From Pseudomonadota bacterium (GTDB lineage: Bacteria; UBA10199; 2-02-FULL-44-16; JBDRGF01), in contig JBDRGF010000076.1 in assembly GCA_043818055.1 (NCBI GenBank), forward strand, positions 1 to 31,416: a stretch of DNA of 31,416 bases. Direction: 5' to 3'. Made by a program: the position numbers and the translations under genes. Under the pieces are notes generated by a model. It had not been told where the DNA came from. It worked only from the letters and a program-made list of their open reading frames with translations, and did no database searches. Numbering within the stretch: position 1 is the stretch's first letter; each line of letters starts with the position of its first letter. Positions 17,192 through 25,503 of this stretch are shown here, in pieces.

Positions 17192-17839
17192 TCAATTTAT
17201 CGACACTGTCCATGTCAGGTTTTCGGTGAGACTTGCGGTGGGGGCATTGAGATTTGCCTTGATAAGACTTAATCCTCTGCTTGGAAACTCGACCGATCCG
17301 TTCTTCATGCCGTCTCCGTCCACATCATCGCCATCGCTGATCGATTTTCCAAGAAATCCATCTCTATTGCTGAATTCGGAAACACCTTCTAAAGAATCGG
17401 CAAGACGTGTTGCGTCAAACCTCTTCGAATTTGATTTTCCAACTGATATATCCAAAACTTCGTCCGGCAATTCGTCGTCACCGGATATCTTTGAATCAAA
17501 TGCCATCGGCCCTCTGCACAAAAGCCCAGTGATGCGCTTTGTAACATCCTTCACTGCTACAATTATACGATCATCATTGCGACTCAATATTTTGCATCCC
17601 AGATTTGACTCACATTCGCCTAGCTCAGCCCCTATATCGTGTTGTGTTGACAAGATAGAAATTTGCATGTCTTCGATATTATGAACAGAGATTGGTGCGG
17701 GTAAACAGCTGACAGATATTGATGTTGTCGCAGTCGCTGCATAGGCCTCTTCACCTATTTCCAAATTCCTCGATTCATACATATAATAGAATGAGAAGAT
17801 CAAAAGCATCATCGTTATCATTATATATATCTTTTTCAT
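17192..17839 (-). CDS. Secreted pilin-like protein, paralog C (more divergent)
   Basis: Leader ending IGEEAYA, TTSISVSC, GLLC, DGDDVDGDGMKNG, TENLTWTVSIN; GGGGGG RBS-like stretch. Confidence 0.65.
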   Translation of the reverse strand: MKKIYIMITMMLLIFSFYYMYESRNLEIGEEAYAATATTSISVSCLPAPISVHNIEDMQISILSTQHDIGAELGECESNLGCKILSRNDDRIIVAVKDVTKRITGLLCRGPMAFDSKISGDDELPDEVLDISVGKSNSKRFDATRLADSLEGVSEFSNRDGFLGKSISDGDDVDGDGMKNGSVEFPSRGLSLIKANLNAPTASLTENLTWTVSIN

Positions 17840-17887
17840 CTTAACCCCCCTGACAACTTTTTAACATTTTCTCATACATTTAGGATA

Positions 17888-17904
17888 TGCATATATCATT
17901 CCAG
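17888..17904 (-). promoter_or_regulatory. Sigma-54 (-24/-12) type promoter for paralog C
   Basis: Minus strand CTGGAATGATATATGCA gives GG-N10-GC; IHF-like TTTCATTAGGTTA at 17941-17953. Confidence 0.55.
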
Positions 17905-18141
17905 CAAAAATCAGGAAAAGTTAACTAAATTAACATTGTATTTCATTAGGTTAGCCGGATAAATCAGAGACGGTTTTTGGGCACGCTAAAAGTAAGGGTA
18001 AATTGCGTATTTGCAATCCGTTGATATGCCCCATCTTTTTCGTGTGAGCTTTTAGTTGATATTTTAAAACTGCCAGGTTTTGGGCGATATTTTCCAGATT
18101 ACACCCGTTTGAGTAAATAAACACCCACAGCATAAAAAACC

Positions 18142-18219
18142 CGTGAAGCGTCCACCCGTGAAACGTGAAACGTAAAAATGCTTTTTTGGCGCTTCACGCT
18201 TCACGAACAACGCTTCACG
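18142..18219. repeat. GTGAAGC-family palindromic element, copy 2
   Basis: cgtgaagcgtccacccgtgaaacgtgaaacg-taaaaatgcttttttgg-cgcttcacgcttcacgaacaacgcttcacg. Confidence 0.9.
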
Positions 18220-18223
18220 TCTT

Positions 18224-20749
18224 TCAAAATTCCACCATAAATCCGACTGAATAAAGGGGACCTGATAGATTCAAGCCCTTTCTGCCAAAGTCATCTATCC
18301 AGTTATATTGAACCTCAATGACAAAGAAGACATCCTCAACATCGAAGTCGCTATCCGAGCCGACTAAGCTCAAAAGCGTGCCTCCTCCGCCCTGCAATCC
18401 CATTTTATGCCCTGTGATGCTACCGCTCGTCGTCCTCTCATGATATATCACGCCTCCAAATCCACCTTTGATGAATGGAATAAAATATCTCACGCCTAAA
18501 TAATCAAGCCGCCACAGAGCGTTGATCTCGAAAGGAAAGGCGAAGAAATCATAATGATCCCTCGATCTTGTGTGATCGATCTCCCCCCGCGCGATGCCGC
18601 TTTTCCAGAAAATTCCACTGCCGGCCTGAATACCATATTTTCTCTTATACAGATATGTAAAATCGAGTCGCGTTATCACATTCGTATATTGGCCGAAATA
18701 CTCCCGGCTCTCGTTCGACACCGGCATCCAGAGCCCGCTTTTAATTTCAAAACCGTATGTATGATTATCCTTGTCGATTGCAAAGGATGTGCTTGAGATG
18801 AGAATGGAAAATGTGACTATTAAAAATAAAAAACTTTTTTTTTGAAATGATTTCAAACGCTTGTGCAACAAAACAATTAGGGCTATCAGAATTACTCCTA
18901 TACTCAATCCACTATGCACTACACACTTATTCACTACAAGCTGATTTAAGGTGCACCCTTTCTCCCCCGCTCCCCCTGCAGGGCCTAACGTACGCTGCGG
19001 AGTCGCGCTGGCGGCCACGCCGCTCGAAAGAGTCCCTGTGCGGGTGAGGCTGACATTTCCCGCCTCATCCACAGCATCCATGGCGATATAATAGAGCAAT
19101 CCGTTAGTAAGCCCACTGACACTTGCTTCAACAGTCGTTCCTGAAGATGGCTGGCTCACAGTTGAACTCACATCCGTCTTCGTGAGCACAATTGCAGGAT
19201 CTGTATCAGTATAGATGTTGTAGGAACTCATATCCGCTTCTGTAAGCCTGTTGAAATTTATATAGACCCTCTGGTATCCGTAATCGGTGCTGTTGATCGT
19301 CACAGCTGGAGGAGGCGTATCGACGACGAGGGTCGTCGCCCTCCGACCGCGTTCGGCTACGGTCGTCGTGGAATCGGTGACAAAAAAGAAGATCGAGTTA
19401 TTACCCTCTATGAAGGAGGTGCTGTTGTCTGCGTAATTGAATGTCAGAGTAATATCGGTATCGGCTAATGCCGCACCCGAAGTATTTCCGTTGGAGTCTG
19501 TCATGAGTGAACCGCTGGCGTTGACATCTCCATTCGACCTCACCTCATATGTCCCGGCTGTGTCGCTTTTGAAAATGATATCGAAACTCTCTCCCAACCC
19601 AAGCTTTGAATCCCCTCCCGAATATGTTGAACCTGATGTTATTGTGATCCATGGATTGGCGGTAAAAACTCCAACGGTGAGATCGGCGTTGATGGAATAG
19701 AGATATCCGTCGCTCTTGGAGCTTGCCATCAAAAGATTTGGCGTAACCGTGGTGGGGAGCGGTTCCTTGTCCTTCGTGGGATCGGTGCCTAAGTCGAAAA
19801 CCTGATCATTTGGCGTGTTGACGATGGAGAGTCCGCCGATGCCTGCCGCGTACGCATATATGGCGCCAGTTCCTCCACCGATCGGGTTTGAAACTTCAGT
19901 GACTACGACAGATGTCGGATTCGAATTGAGCGAAATGTCGATGTCAGATTTGACTATCGAATTATTGGAAGGGTTCACGTGCACAAGATACTTGCTGGTC
20001 TGATCGACGATATAAATATTGTTGCCATTCGGGTCTGAGGCGATCGAAACGAGATTGAGCTCAGATGAAATCCCGATATTTATCATCTGTGCCTCTATGG
20101 CGCTATCGGGGATAAAGAAGAGAGCGCCGACATTTGTTGTAAAGTACGCTCCATTCACCTCTTTCACATAGACGGCATCCGTGATCGTGTAGCCGGTCTT
20201 GTCCTGAATTGTGATTGGAATTGTCGCTGTGACTTTGTTTTGAAGATAATCATAGCGGTGAACATTACGCATCGTGTTGTCCGCGATCAGCGCAATCGTC
20301 CCGTCATCATTGAGCACAACAGGGCCAAGCGAACTGCCTGCCGATATCTCGATTGAAATAGGCAGTGCAGTAATGTCGTCCATTGTATATATGAGAAGAT
20401 CCCCGTCATCCTGAGAGGCGTAGATCTTGCGGTTTCTCGAATCATAGGCGAGTCCCATGATGTTGCCATCGGTGCCATCGTCTTTCGATAAAGCCGGTGG
20501 TTGATCATCGTAGAGTGCAAATTTTCCCATGTCGATTAGTTTGAGACTTTCGGCATAAGAGATCATCATCGTGCGATCGCTTTGCAAAACCGCATCAGTC
20601 ACAGAGGATGCGATGGAAAATGAAAATGGAGGGCCGCCGGAAAATACGAGATCGGTATCAGGATAGGCGAAAGATGCCAGAGGAAAGAGAAGAAAGAATA
20701 ATAAAATCACCTGCAGAAAAAAAAGTTTTTTATATTCAGGTTTGAGCAT
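18224..20749 (-). CDS. Surface protein: beta-propeller-like + FN3 + MYXO-CTERM-like segment fused to a C-terminal outer-membrane beta-barrel
   Basis: Start MLKPEYKK at 20749 with signal peptide (ASFA); YVTN-like blades; VSGLTNGLLYYIAMDAVDEAGNVS (FN3); GAGEKGC-x-TM-HKRLK; second signal-like segment ending STSFA; barrel strands ending VGFMVEF. Confidence 0.7.
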   Translation of the reverse strand: MLKPEYKKLFFLQVILLFFLLFPLASFAYPDTDLVFSGGPPFSFSIASSVTDAVLQSDRTMMISYAESLKLIDMGKFALYDDQPPALSKDDGTDGNIMGLAYDSRNRKIYASQDDGDLLIYTMDDITALPISIEISAGSSLGPVVLNDDGTIALIADNTMRNVHRYDYLQNKVTATIPITIQDKTGYTITDAVYVKEVNGAYFTTNVGALFFIPDSAIEAQMINIGISSELNLVSIASDPNGNNIYIVDQTSKYLVHVNPSNNSIVKSDIDISLNSNPTSVVVTEVSNPIGGGTGAIYAYAAGIGGLSIVNTPNDQVFDLGTDPTKDKEPLPTTVTPNLLMASSKSDGYLYSINADLTVGVFTANPWITITSGSTYSGGDSKLGLGESFDIIFKSDTAGTYEVRSNGDVNASGSLMTDSNGNTSGAALADTDITLTFNYADNSTSFIEGNNSIFFFVTDSTTTVAERGRRATTLVVDTPPPAVTINSTDYGYQRVYINFNRLTEADMSSYNIYTDTDPAIVLTKTDVSSTVSQPSSGTTVEASVSGLTNGLLYYIAMDAVDEAGNVSLTRTGTLSSGVAASATPQRTLGPAGGAGEKGCTLNQLVVNKCVVHSGLSIGVILIALIVLLHKRLKSFQKKSFLFLIVTFSILISSTSFAIDKDNHTYGFEIKSGLWMPVSNESREYFGQYTNVITRLDFTYLYKRKYGIQAGSGIFWKSGIARGEIDHTRSRDHYDFFAFPFEINALWRLDYLGVRYFIPFIKGGFGGVIYHERTTSGSITGHKMGLQGGGGTLLSLVGSDSDFDVEDVFFVIEVQYNWIDDFGRKGLNLSGPLYSVGFMVEF

Positions 20750-20790
20750 CTTATTAATTTTTGTTGGGAATACCACCCCAAGTCTCCCCC

Positions 20791-20817
20791 GGGCAGCCAC
20801 GAGGGGCTACCCCTACA
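20791..20817. repeat. GTAG-family REP, single unit
   Basis: Minus strand TGTAGGGGTAGCCCCTCGTGGCTGCCC, a variant of the arm at 22010-22036. Confidence 0.75.
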
Positions 20818-20834
20818 CGTAAACAGCATGAAAA

Positions 20835-21125
20835 TCATTTCTTAAATAGCTCTTCAAGTTTCTTTTTTGTTTTTTCAATACTATGATCAATTCCTTCCAC
20901 AGGCTCCCCGCCCATGCTGAAATAATTGCAAAAATTGGAGGCCTCTTTATCAACAACCCTCTCCGCCATGATCTCGTGGCATTGGTTGTTGCACGATTTA
21001 TCGTGAAACTTGCACTGAAGACAGCATCTTAAGTTGTGTCTGCATTTAGGACAGGTATCTCCCCTGCCGACAACGCCCATTACCTCTATCTGCTCTCCGC
21101 AGAATACGCAGGGTATCAGTTTCAT
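20835..21125 (-). CDS. Small Cys-rich (zinc-ribbon-like) conserved hypothetical protein
   Basis: CVFC, CPKC, CCLQC, C-H-E...VVDKEASNFCNYF; overlaps the pssA stop. Confidence 0.8.
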   Translation of the reverse strand: MKLIPCVFCGEQIEVMGVVGRGDTCPKCRHNLRCCLQCKFHDKSCNNQCHEIMAERVVDKEASNFCNYFSMGGEPVEGIDHSIEKTKKKLEELFKK

Positions 21126-21916
21126 AGAATAGTAGCCTCATCTTCATCAGTATCTTTTCCCATGATCCATCTGAAAAAGCCCCTGCTCTTTTTGAGCGTG
21201 ACAAGCTCCTCTATTATTCCCGTCAGGACATACCCACAGACCAGAAGAAAGAGTGTAACCTCCGGACGAATCGCAATAACGAAGATGACCACGACCATCA
21301 GGACGAGTGCAAAAAAGGAATTACGGCTCCTAAGATCAAGGAGCTTCATCGATCTGTACCTGATCGTCGTCACCATCAGGAGCGCCAAAATCACGACCAT
21401 AGAGAGCACCCACCAGTTCCCGACAGGGGGAAAGACGTTGAAGTATTCATGGAAGATGACGAAAGTCGCAAGGACATATGCCGCTGCCGGAATGGGGAGC
21501 CCCTCAAAATCCATCTTTTCAAGATTGTCGTGTTGGACATTGTAACGGGCAAGCCTCAACGCCCCGCAGGCGAAGAATAAAAATGACGCGAGCCAGCCAA
21601 ACTTATGCATGCCGTAGAGTGACCATGTGTAGATGAGAATTCCGGGTGCTAACCCGAACGAACAAAGATCAACAAGTGAATCATATTCGACGCCGAACTC
21701 GCTCTGCGAACGTGTCAGGCGCGCAAGCCGTCCGTCGAGAAGATCAAAGACGCCGGCCAGAAGGATCGCCCATGCGGCTGCTTTGAAATCCCCTCCCCAC
21801 GACTTGACGATAGAAAAAAATCCAAAGAAGAGGCTCCCCGTCGTGCACAAATTAGGCAGGAGATAAATTCCCCGTCTAACGCCCTCTTTATTCTTTTTTC
21901 TTCTTCTGAATTTCAA
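21122..21916 (-). CDS. pssA: CDP-diacylglycerol--serine O-phosphatidyltransferase
   Basis: LLPNLCT, DLLDGRLAR...SEFGVEYDSLVDLCSFGLAP, ALRLARYN, FEGLPIPAAA; adjacent to psd. Confidence 0.96.
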   Translation of the reverse strand: MKFRRRKKNKEGVRRGIYLLPNLCTTGSLFFGFFSIVKSWGGDFKAAAWAILLAGVFDLLDGRLARLTRSQSEFGVEYDSLVDLCSFGLAPGILIYTWSLYGMHKFGWLASFLFFACGALRLARYNVQHDNLEKMDFEGLPIPAAAYVLATFVIFHEYFNVFPPVGNWWVLSMVVILALLMVTTIRYRSMKLLDLRSRNSFFALVLMVVVIFVIAIRPEVTLFLLVCGYVLTGIIEELVTLKKSRGFFRWIMGKDTDEDEATIL

Positions 21917-21968
21917 GTTATCTCCTTTTTTATGAACCTGTTGTCGAAAACAGTTTTTTTAATGTTTT

Positions 21969-22036
21969 TGCAGGGGCAGACCCCCGTGTCTGCCCGTTTT
22001 CACTGAAGAGGGCAACCACGGGGGGTTGCCCCTACA
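21969..22036. repeat. GTAG-family REP doublet (REPIN-like), copy 1
   Basis: tgcaggggcagacccccgtgtctgccc-gttttcactgaaga-gggcaaccacggggggttgcccctaca; contains the psd stop codon. Confidence 0.9.
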
Positions 22037-22691
22037 TCCTTCCCACAATCGTCTCTCCCCCTCTTACCTTATCGCCGACTTTCACAGTCACTACGATCTC
22101 TTTTGGCATGTAAAGGTCGACTCTTGAACCGAAACGTATCAGGCCGGCACGCTCTCCCTGCTTAAAATTCTCAGTGCCTTTGAAATAGCAGACGATGCGG
22201 CGTGCGACGTATCCTGCGATCTGAATCATTTTGTAATTTCGTCCCATCTGATCTTTAAATTCGATGCAGTTCTGTTCATTGTCGAGCGATGCTTTATCGC
22301 AATGGGCAATATGAAATTTCCCCTTGTTATAAGCGACATCAGTCACTGTTCCAGCACAAGGCATTCTGTTTATGTGAACATTAGCTACAGACATGAAGAT
22401 CGAGACTAAATTAAAATCGCCATTCTCGCCGGCACTTATCACCCTGCCATCGGCCGGTGAGAGAAGGATCATCTCTCCCCTGGGAAATCTTCGTGGAGGA
22501 TTTCTAAAAAAGAGCGCGATCGAGATAGCTAAAACAAAAAAAGGCAAAGCTAGATAGATGGCAGAGAGATACCAGAACATGAGGGCTAAAAGAAGGACGA
22601 AGCCGATAAAAGGAAAACCTTCGAACGCTACGGGAAGCTGAACAGGCCTTCTTTTATAAGCATCAAGATTGTTATCGTTAAATTGCTTCAT
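22032..22691 (-). CDS. psd: Phosphatidylserine decarboxylase (short type)
   Basis: FFRNPPR, SPADGRV, SIFMSVANVHINRMP, QIAGYVARRIVC, IRFGSRVDLY self-cleavage motif. Confidence 0.96.
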   Translation of the reverse strand: MKQFNDNNLDAYKRRPVQLPVAFEGFPFIGFVLLLALMFWYLSAIYLALPFFVLAISIALFFRNPPRRFPRGEMILLSPADGRVISAGENGDFNLVSIFMSVANVHINRMPCAGTVTDVAYNKGKFHIAHCDKASLDNEQNCIEFKDQMGRNYKMIQIAGYVARRIVCYFKGTENFKQGERAGLIRFGSRVDLYMPKEIVVTVKVGDKVRGGETIVGRM

Positions 22692-22719
22692 AATATTTCA
22701 AGTACACCTGTACAATAAA

Positions 22720-22787
22720 TGTAGGGGCAGACCCCCGTGTCTGCCCGTTTTCACTGAAGAGGGCAACCACAGGGGGTTGCCCCTACA
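22720..22787. repeat. GTAG-family REP doublet (REPIN-like), copy 2
   Basis: 68 bp, two mismatches to copy 1, same orientation. Confidence 0.9.
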
Positions 22788-22811
22788 AAAATTCGTTAGA
22801 GACTCTCTTTC

Positions 22812-23045
22812 TTACTCCGTTTCCATCTCGCGATATTTTACAAGCAAGCCCTCAAGCTTGTCCTTGCCGACTAGCTTCTGCTTCTGAAGGGTCTTTCTTT
22901 CGAGCTCATCTTGAGGAGTCAGATAGGATCGATTGTTGAACTCCTCTAGCTTTTGCTCAAGCTCCAGATGCTCCTCATAAAGGGCATTCAAATCCCTGTC
23001 GTCACCACGACGTTTTTCGATGATTTTAAGATCTCTCTTTTCCAT
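22812..23045 (-). CDS. DUF465/YdcH-like small coiled-coil protein
   Basis: LYEEHLELEQKL...YLTPQDELERKTLQKQKLVGKDKL; GGAGG RBS. Confidence 0.8.
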   Translation of the reverse strand: MEKRDLKIIEKRRGDDRDLNALYEEHLELEQKLEEFNNRSYLTPQDELERKTLQKQKLVGKDKLEGLLVKYREMETE

Positions 23046-23116
23046 TGGTATTCCTCCATTTTATTTTTACAAAACCTATCCCTTTTATGTGCGAGATGTC
23101 AAGAACTCGTTGAAAT

Positions 23117-24661
23117 TCAATGTGTTTTCAGCTCTCCGACTCGTTCCTCCACAACTTTAACAATCTCATTATTTTCTATCAACCCGGCGATCTTTGCTAT
23201 ATCGAACCTGAATTCCCGATCGACTTTAGCAAATGAGACATACTTGCGGATCTTCTTATAAGCCTCGTTAGTCCCTGAGCCTAAATTATTCCTCTTTGGA
23301 TTGAGATCAATCGCCTGAGCTGCAGCCAGAAGTTCGATTGCCAATATCTGTTTGAGATTTTCGGTGACCTTCAATGCTTTCCGGGCAGAGTGCATGCCCA
23401 TGCTGACATGATCCTCCTGATCCGCGCTCGTCGGAATCGAATCGACAGATGAGGGATTACTTAAAGTTTTGTTCTCTGAGACTAAAGATGCCGCAACAAC
23501 ATGAGGAATCATCATACCCGAACTTAAGCCTGCATCCTCTATGAGAAACATCGCGGGGATCTCTCCTTCGAGCGGCGCGTTAAGAAGAGCTATCCTTCTT
23601 TCAGAGATCGAACCCAACTCTGAAAGCGCTATGCACAGAGTATCCATCGCAAACGCGACAGGCTCACCATGAAAGTTGCCACCTGACAAAATCTCATCAT
23701 CGTCGACAAATACAAGGGGGTTATCTGTGCAGCTTACAAGCTCTCTCTCAATTACACCTTTTGAATATGCGAAGAGATCCTTTGTGGCACCATGTACCTG
23801 AGGCACACAGCGGAGCGAGTACGGATCCTGCACCCTCTTGCAGTTTTTATGGCTATCAAGATTTTTGCTACCGGAAGTCAATTTTCGAATATTTTCAGCA
23901 GTGATGATCTGTCCCGGATGGGGTCTAAGCTCATGAATTCGTTTATCGAACGGGGCTAATGACCCCATATCGCCCTCAAGAGAGGATGCTGCTGCTATAT
24001 CGGACACCTTGATGAGCTGTATTGCGTTTAAAATTGCCAAAACCCCTATCGCCGTCATCCCTTGAGTCCCATTTATGAGTGAGAGCCCCTCCTTCGCCTT
24101 CAAACGAATCGGCTTTAACCCTTCTTTTGAGAGGGCATCTGCTGATGGGACGATCTTTCCAAGATGATAAACCTCTCCCTTGCCAATCAGAGTTAAAGCC
24201 AGGTGCGCAAGAGGTGCAAGATCGCCGCTGGCACCGACTGAACCCTGAGATGGTATGACAGGCGTGATATTTTTGTTGATGAGTTCAATTAAGAGATTAA
24301 GGGTTTCTAAACGAATGCCTGAGAATGAATGAGCTAACACGTTGGTTCTTAAGAGAAGCATGAGCCTTGAGATCTCTTCGGAGAGTGGCCTTCCAACGCC
24401 GACGGCGTGTGAGATGATCAGATTCTCCTGCAGCTCATCGAGCTTTTCGATCGATATCCTCTTTTTAGCAAGCCTCCCAAAACCTGTATTGAGACCATAT
24501 ATCGGATGATCGGATGCGACCTTTTTGTCAACAAAGCTCCTTGTCGCATTAATTTTACCTGCAACCTCTGAAGAGATATCGACAGTTAAATCACCTCTCA
24601 AAAAGTCATCGATCGATTTGAGAGTAAGACTCTTGCCATCTATATATAGTTTGTTTTTCAT
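23117..24661 (-). CDS. hutH: Histidine ammonia-lyase
   Basis: IYGLNTGFG, SHAVGVG, GSVGASGDLAPL (MIO-forming ASG), KEGLSLINGTQ, VQDPYSLRCVPQVHG, GGNFHGEP, QEDHVSMG. Start at ATG 24661. Confidence 0.95.
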   Translation of the reverse strand: MKNKLYIDGKSLTLKSIDDFLRGDLTVDISSEVAGKINATRSFVDKKVASDHPIYGLNTGFGRLAKKRISIEKLDELQENLIISHAVGVGRPLSEEISRLMLLLRTNVLAHSFSGIRLETLNLLIELINKNITPVIPSQGSVGASGDLAPLAHLALTLIGKGEVYHLGKIVPSADALSKEGLKPIRLKAKEGLSLINGTQGMTAIGVLAILNAIQLIKVSDIAAASSLEGDMGSLAPFDKRIHELRPHPGQIITAENIRKLTSGSKNLDSHKNCKRVQDPYSLRCVPQVHGATKDLFAYSKGVIERELVSCTDNPLVFVDDDEILSGGNFHGEPVAFAMDTLCIALSELGSISERRIALLNAPLEGEIPAMFLIEDAGLSSGMMIPHVVAASLVSENKTLSNPSSVDSIPTSADQEDHVSMGMHSARKALKVTENLKQILAIELLAAAQAIDLNPKRNNLGSGTNEAYKKIRKYVSFAKVDREFRFDIAKIAGLIENNEIVKVVEERVGELKTH

Positions 24662-24671
24662 AATCCCCCAA

Positions 24672-24768
24672 AAAAGCGCATATGGCATATAGTATATGGT
24701 ATATGGTATATGGTCAAAAGCTAGATAATCAAGTTTTTCACCATATGCTATATGCTACATACGCTTTT
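24672..24768. repeat. Heptamer-armed palindromic element (family H)
   Basis: aaaagcgcatatggcatatagtatatggtatatggtatatggtcaaaagc...caagtttttcaccatatgctatatgctacatacgctttt; includes the tsaB stop. Confidence 0.88.
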
Positions 24769-25437
24769 GATTTTGGCATCACTCTTCCTTATATAATTCG
24801 GCTTCAACGTGACGAGCTCCGATGGAGCGCCACTTTTTAGCCTTTCCAGCGCAATCAAACCCAAGCCGGATGCATTGCTGTAGAGCATATTTTCATCTAT
24901 TATGAGACTTGGTTCCTTTTCAAAGGTGCTGCGATATCTCACCACACCATCGCCGACCAGGAGTATCTCACTCTTTATAGCTATCAGTCTAGTGAGCAAT
25001 TCATCAGGGTCGAATACACCCTCTTCCATCACCACATTGAGTTTCCTCTCCTCTATTTTATAAACCGCTGCAAAAAGCTGAGAGCGTCTCGCATCGATCA
25101 GAGGGGCGATGAAGCCACTCCGATCGATTGAGTTGTATGCAAATGCCTCGAGGGAAGATATGCCGATGAGAGGGATGTTGAGCGCGAGTGAGAGCCCCTT
25201 GGCTGTCGCCAGACCAATCCTGAGTCCCGTGAACGATCCAGGACCTTTAGCAACTGCGATTCCATTCAAATCTGCTGTCTGGAGCGAATTTCTTTTGAGC
25301 AGAATATCGATGTGCTTTAAGAGCCAGTCGGTGTGATTAGATTCATTATCCTGATTGATGAAATCCATCGCCCCCTTTTCATCTATCAGGGCAACCGAAC
25401 CTCTCATGGTCGATGTGTCGATGGATAGTAAAAACAT
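24748..25437 (-). CDS. tsaB: tRNA threonylcarbamoyladenosine biosynthesis protein TsaB
   Basis: LSIDTST, GPGSFTGLRIG, IDARRSQLF, LKPNYIR. Confidence 0.96.
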   Translation of the reverse strand: MFLLSIDTSTMRGSVALIDEKGAMDFINQDNESNHTDWLLKHIDILLKRNSLQTADLNGIAVAKGPGSFTGLRIGLATAKGLSLALNIPLIGISSLEAFAYNSIDRSGFIAPLIDARRSQLFAAVYKIEERKLNVVMEEGVFDPDELLTRLIAIKSEILLVGDGVVRYRSTFEKEPSLIIDENMLYSNASGLGLIALERLKSGAPSELVTLKPNYIRKSDAKIKSVCSI

Positions 25438-25438
25438 A

Positions 25439-25498
25439 GTGCTTAAGTGCTTGAGTGCAATGCATTAGTTATACTTACGCACTTAGACACTTAAGCAC
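25439..25498. repeat. Octamer-armed palindrome (GTGCTT[AG]A units)
   Basis: gtgcttaa gtgcttga gtgc ... gcacttag acacttaa gcac; fills the rseP-tsaB gap. Confidence 0.8.
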
Positions 25499-25503
25499 CT
25501 TCC

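Noticed and set aside
17951..18133. 60-aa ORF starting at the duplicated ATG next to element copy 2
   Set aside because: No similarity to TruA or any recognisable motif, and it occupies the upstream regulatory region of paralog C; treated as non-coding.
8242..20724. Homopolymer A/T runs of 8-9 nt as phase-variation switches
   Set aside because: Such runs occur repeatedly in this AT-rich sequence and all affected ORFs are intact.
20750..20800. N-terminal extension MAARGRLG... of the surface protein
   Set aside because: The start lies within a REP; the signal peptide fits the ATG at 20749.
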